Positions 62,150 to 64,000 of a DNA stretch of 64,000 bases are shown piece by piece. Position numbers and translations under genes: made by a program. The stretch comes from Heterodontus francisci (lineage: Eukaryota), in assembly GCF_036365525.1 (NCBI RefSeq), contig NC_090382.1:41505748-41569747 (forward strand), given 5' to 3'. The notes beneath the pieces were generated by a model, which saw nothing but the letters and a program-made list of their open reading frames with translations, ran no database searches and was not told where the DNA came from. How positions within the stretch are numbered: the stretch's first letter is position 1; every line of letters starts with the position of its first letter.

Positions 62150-62690
62150 ACACTGAAATTTCCTACATTACAACAGTAACTACAGTTCAAAAGTATGTAA
62201 TTGTGAAGCATTTTAAGGCTTATGAGTCTATATATAACTACAAGTTATTGCTTAATTATTTGAAATATACAGGGAATACTTGGATAACAATGACCAATTT
62301 ATATTTATCAAATTAAGACTACTCTCAAGCTGGACACAGGAAAAATAAAATCATCTGCATTCATATTTCATTGAGGGAATAAGAATAATGTAAGGAAAGG
62401 TTGGTGAGCTGGCACTAAGCTTGTGGGAAATTACGTGAATTTATTCGAAAGGATGTGTATTTATCTAACTCCTTTCATGACATCAGGACATCACAAAGTG
62501 CTTTACAGCCAATGAAGTATTTTTGAGGTGTAGGCATTTGTAATTGGAAAAGTGACAGCACTTGAAAAATGATTTCATTGGCTGGAAAGTGCTTTGGGAC
62601 ATCTGAAGCTATGAAATAAGTTATACAAATGCAAGTCTTTCTTAGGAAATTGCAACAGCCAATTTATGCAGCTAATGGTCTTTATCTTTG
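62150..62690. mobile_element. Cluster of Deu-SINE tail fragments in both orientations
   Basis: CCTACATTACAACAGTAACTACAGTTCAAAAGTA (+, 62162). AAAGTGCTTTACAGCCAATGAAGT (-, 62495) faces TTCATTGGCTGGAAAGTGCTTTGGGAC (+, 62574). Confidence 0.6.
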
Positions 62691-62764
62691 AACAAGCCAG
62701 ATATTTTGTACACCAATTTGCCTTAAATGTCTATCTATTTAACTCTGGGCATAACTCTAACTAT

Positions 62765-64000
62765 CATAGAATAGTTACAGCACAGAAGGAAGCCATTTGC
62801 CCCTCCAAGTCCATGCCGGTTCTCTGCAAGAGCAATTCAGCTAGTCCCAATCCCCCGCTCTTTTCCCATAACATTGCTAATATTTTTATCTTCAGATGCT
62901 CATCCAATTCCATTTTGAAGGCCACAATTGAATCTGTCTCCACCACCCTCTCAGGTAGTGCATTCCAGATCCTAACCACTCGTTTCCTAAAAAAATGTTT
63001 TTTCATGTCGTCTTTGGTCTTTGGCTCTCGACCTGAAATCTGTGTTCTTTAGTTCCAAACCACTCTGCAAATGGGAACAGTTTCTCTCTATCTACTCTGT
63101 CCAACTTCCTCATGATTTTCAGCACCTCTATCAAACCTCCTCTCAACCTTCTCTTCTCTAAGGAAAACAACTCCAGCTTCTCTAATCTATCCTTGTAACT
63201 GAAGTCCCTCATCCCTGAAACCATTCTCGTAAAGCTTTCTGCACTCTCTCTAATGCCTTCACATCCTTTCTAAAGTCTGGTGCCCAGAATTGGGCACAAT
63301 ATTCCAGTTGAAGCCGAACCAATGTTTTATAAAGCTTCAGTTGGTAGCCGTCTCGCTTCAGAGTCAAAAGGTTCCAGGTTCAAGTCCCACTACAGGGCTT
63401 GAGCACAAAAATCAAGGCTGACATTCCAGTGCAGGACTGAGAGAGTGCTGTACTGTCAGAGGTGCTGGCTTTTAAATGAGACATTAAACTGAAGTGGTAA
63501 TTCCCGGTGTCCTGGTCAATATTTATCCTTCAAACAACATCACAAAAAAACAGATTATCTGGTCATTATCACATTGCTGTTGTGGGAATTTGCTTTGTGC
63601 ATATTGGCTGCCACAATTCCTGCATTACAACAGTGGCTACACTTCAAAAAGTAAAGCGCTGTAAAGCGCTTTGAGACGTTCAATGGTTGTGAAAGGAGCG
63701 ATATAAATGCATGTTTCTTTTCCTCACAACTTCCTTGCTCTTGTACTGTATGCCTCAATTTATAAATTCCAGGATCGTGTATCCCTCTTTTAATCACTTG
63801 CTCAAGCTGCCCTGCAACCTTTAATGATTTATGCACATACATCCCCAGGTTTCTCCCTTTCTGCAACCCCCCCCCCCCCCTTTAGAATTGTACTCTTTAG
63901 CTTACACTGCCTTTCCTCATTCTTCCTACCAAAATGTAACAATTCACGTTTCTCTGCATTAAATTTCATCTGCCATGTGTTTGCCCATTCCACCAGCCCA
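62765..64000 (-). mobile_element. CR1 LINE 3' part, interrupted by a SINE, runs off the window
   Basis: KKHFFRKRVVRIWNALPERVVE; GMRDFSYKDRLEKLELFSLEKRRLRGGLIEV; resumes at about 63722. Confidence 0.9.
63338..63722 (+). mobile_element. Deu-domain SINE with internal deletion
   Basis: tRNA-like head CAGTTGGTAGC..GGTTCAAGTCCCAC; body homologous to 48395-48825 but lacking part of the Deu core. Confidence 0.85.

Overview
Eukaryotic, repeat-dense, apparently intergenic or intronic DNA, most likely from a shark (chondrichthyan). The basis is the combination of an HE1-type V-SINE, Deu-domain SINEs, abundant CR1, L2, RTE, Penelope and Harbinger elements. I found no intact host protein-coding gene: nearly all ORFs in the track are transposon remnants, antisense shadows of them, or read-through of a minisatellite. 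Contents: (1) a >5.2 kb array of a 45-bp minisatellite with higher-order structure; (2) many decayed CR1 LINEs of two families, including one near-full-length copy with ORF1 (Zn finger + SGNH esterase) and ORF2; (3) L2 and RTE remnants; (4) three SINE families, each sharing a 3' tail with a LINE present in the window; (5) four Penelope-like pieces, each with a minimal hammerhead ribozyme motif; (6) a decayed two-gene PIF/Harbinger transposon (spliced Myb/SANT gene + DDE transposase) in a multi-layer nest, plus many non-autonomous relatives; (7) three ~0.9-1 kb solo-LTR-like elements with 4-bp target-site duplications (TSDs); (8) two unexplained inverted-repeat structures. I cannot support a claim of a truly new biological system. 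The best leads are the hammerhead motifs, the motif content of the minisatellite, the shared AAGG target of the LTR pair, and the orphan inverted repeats. Coordinates of decayed elements are approximate and all alignments were done by eye.
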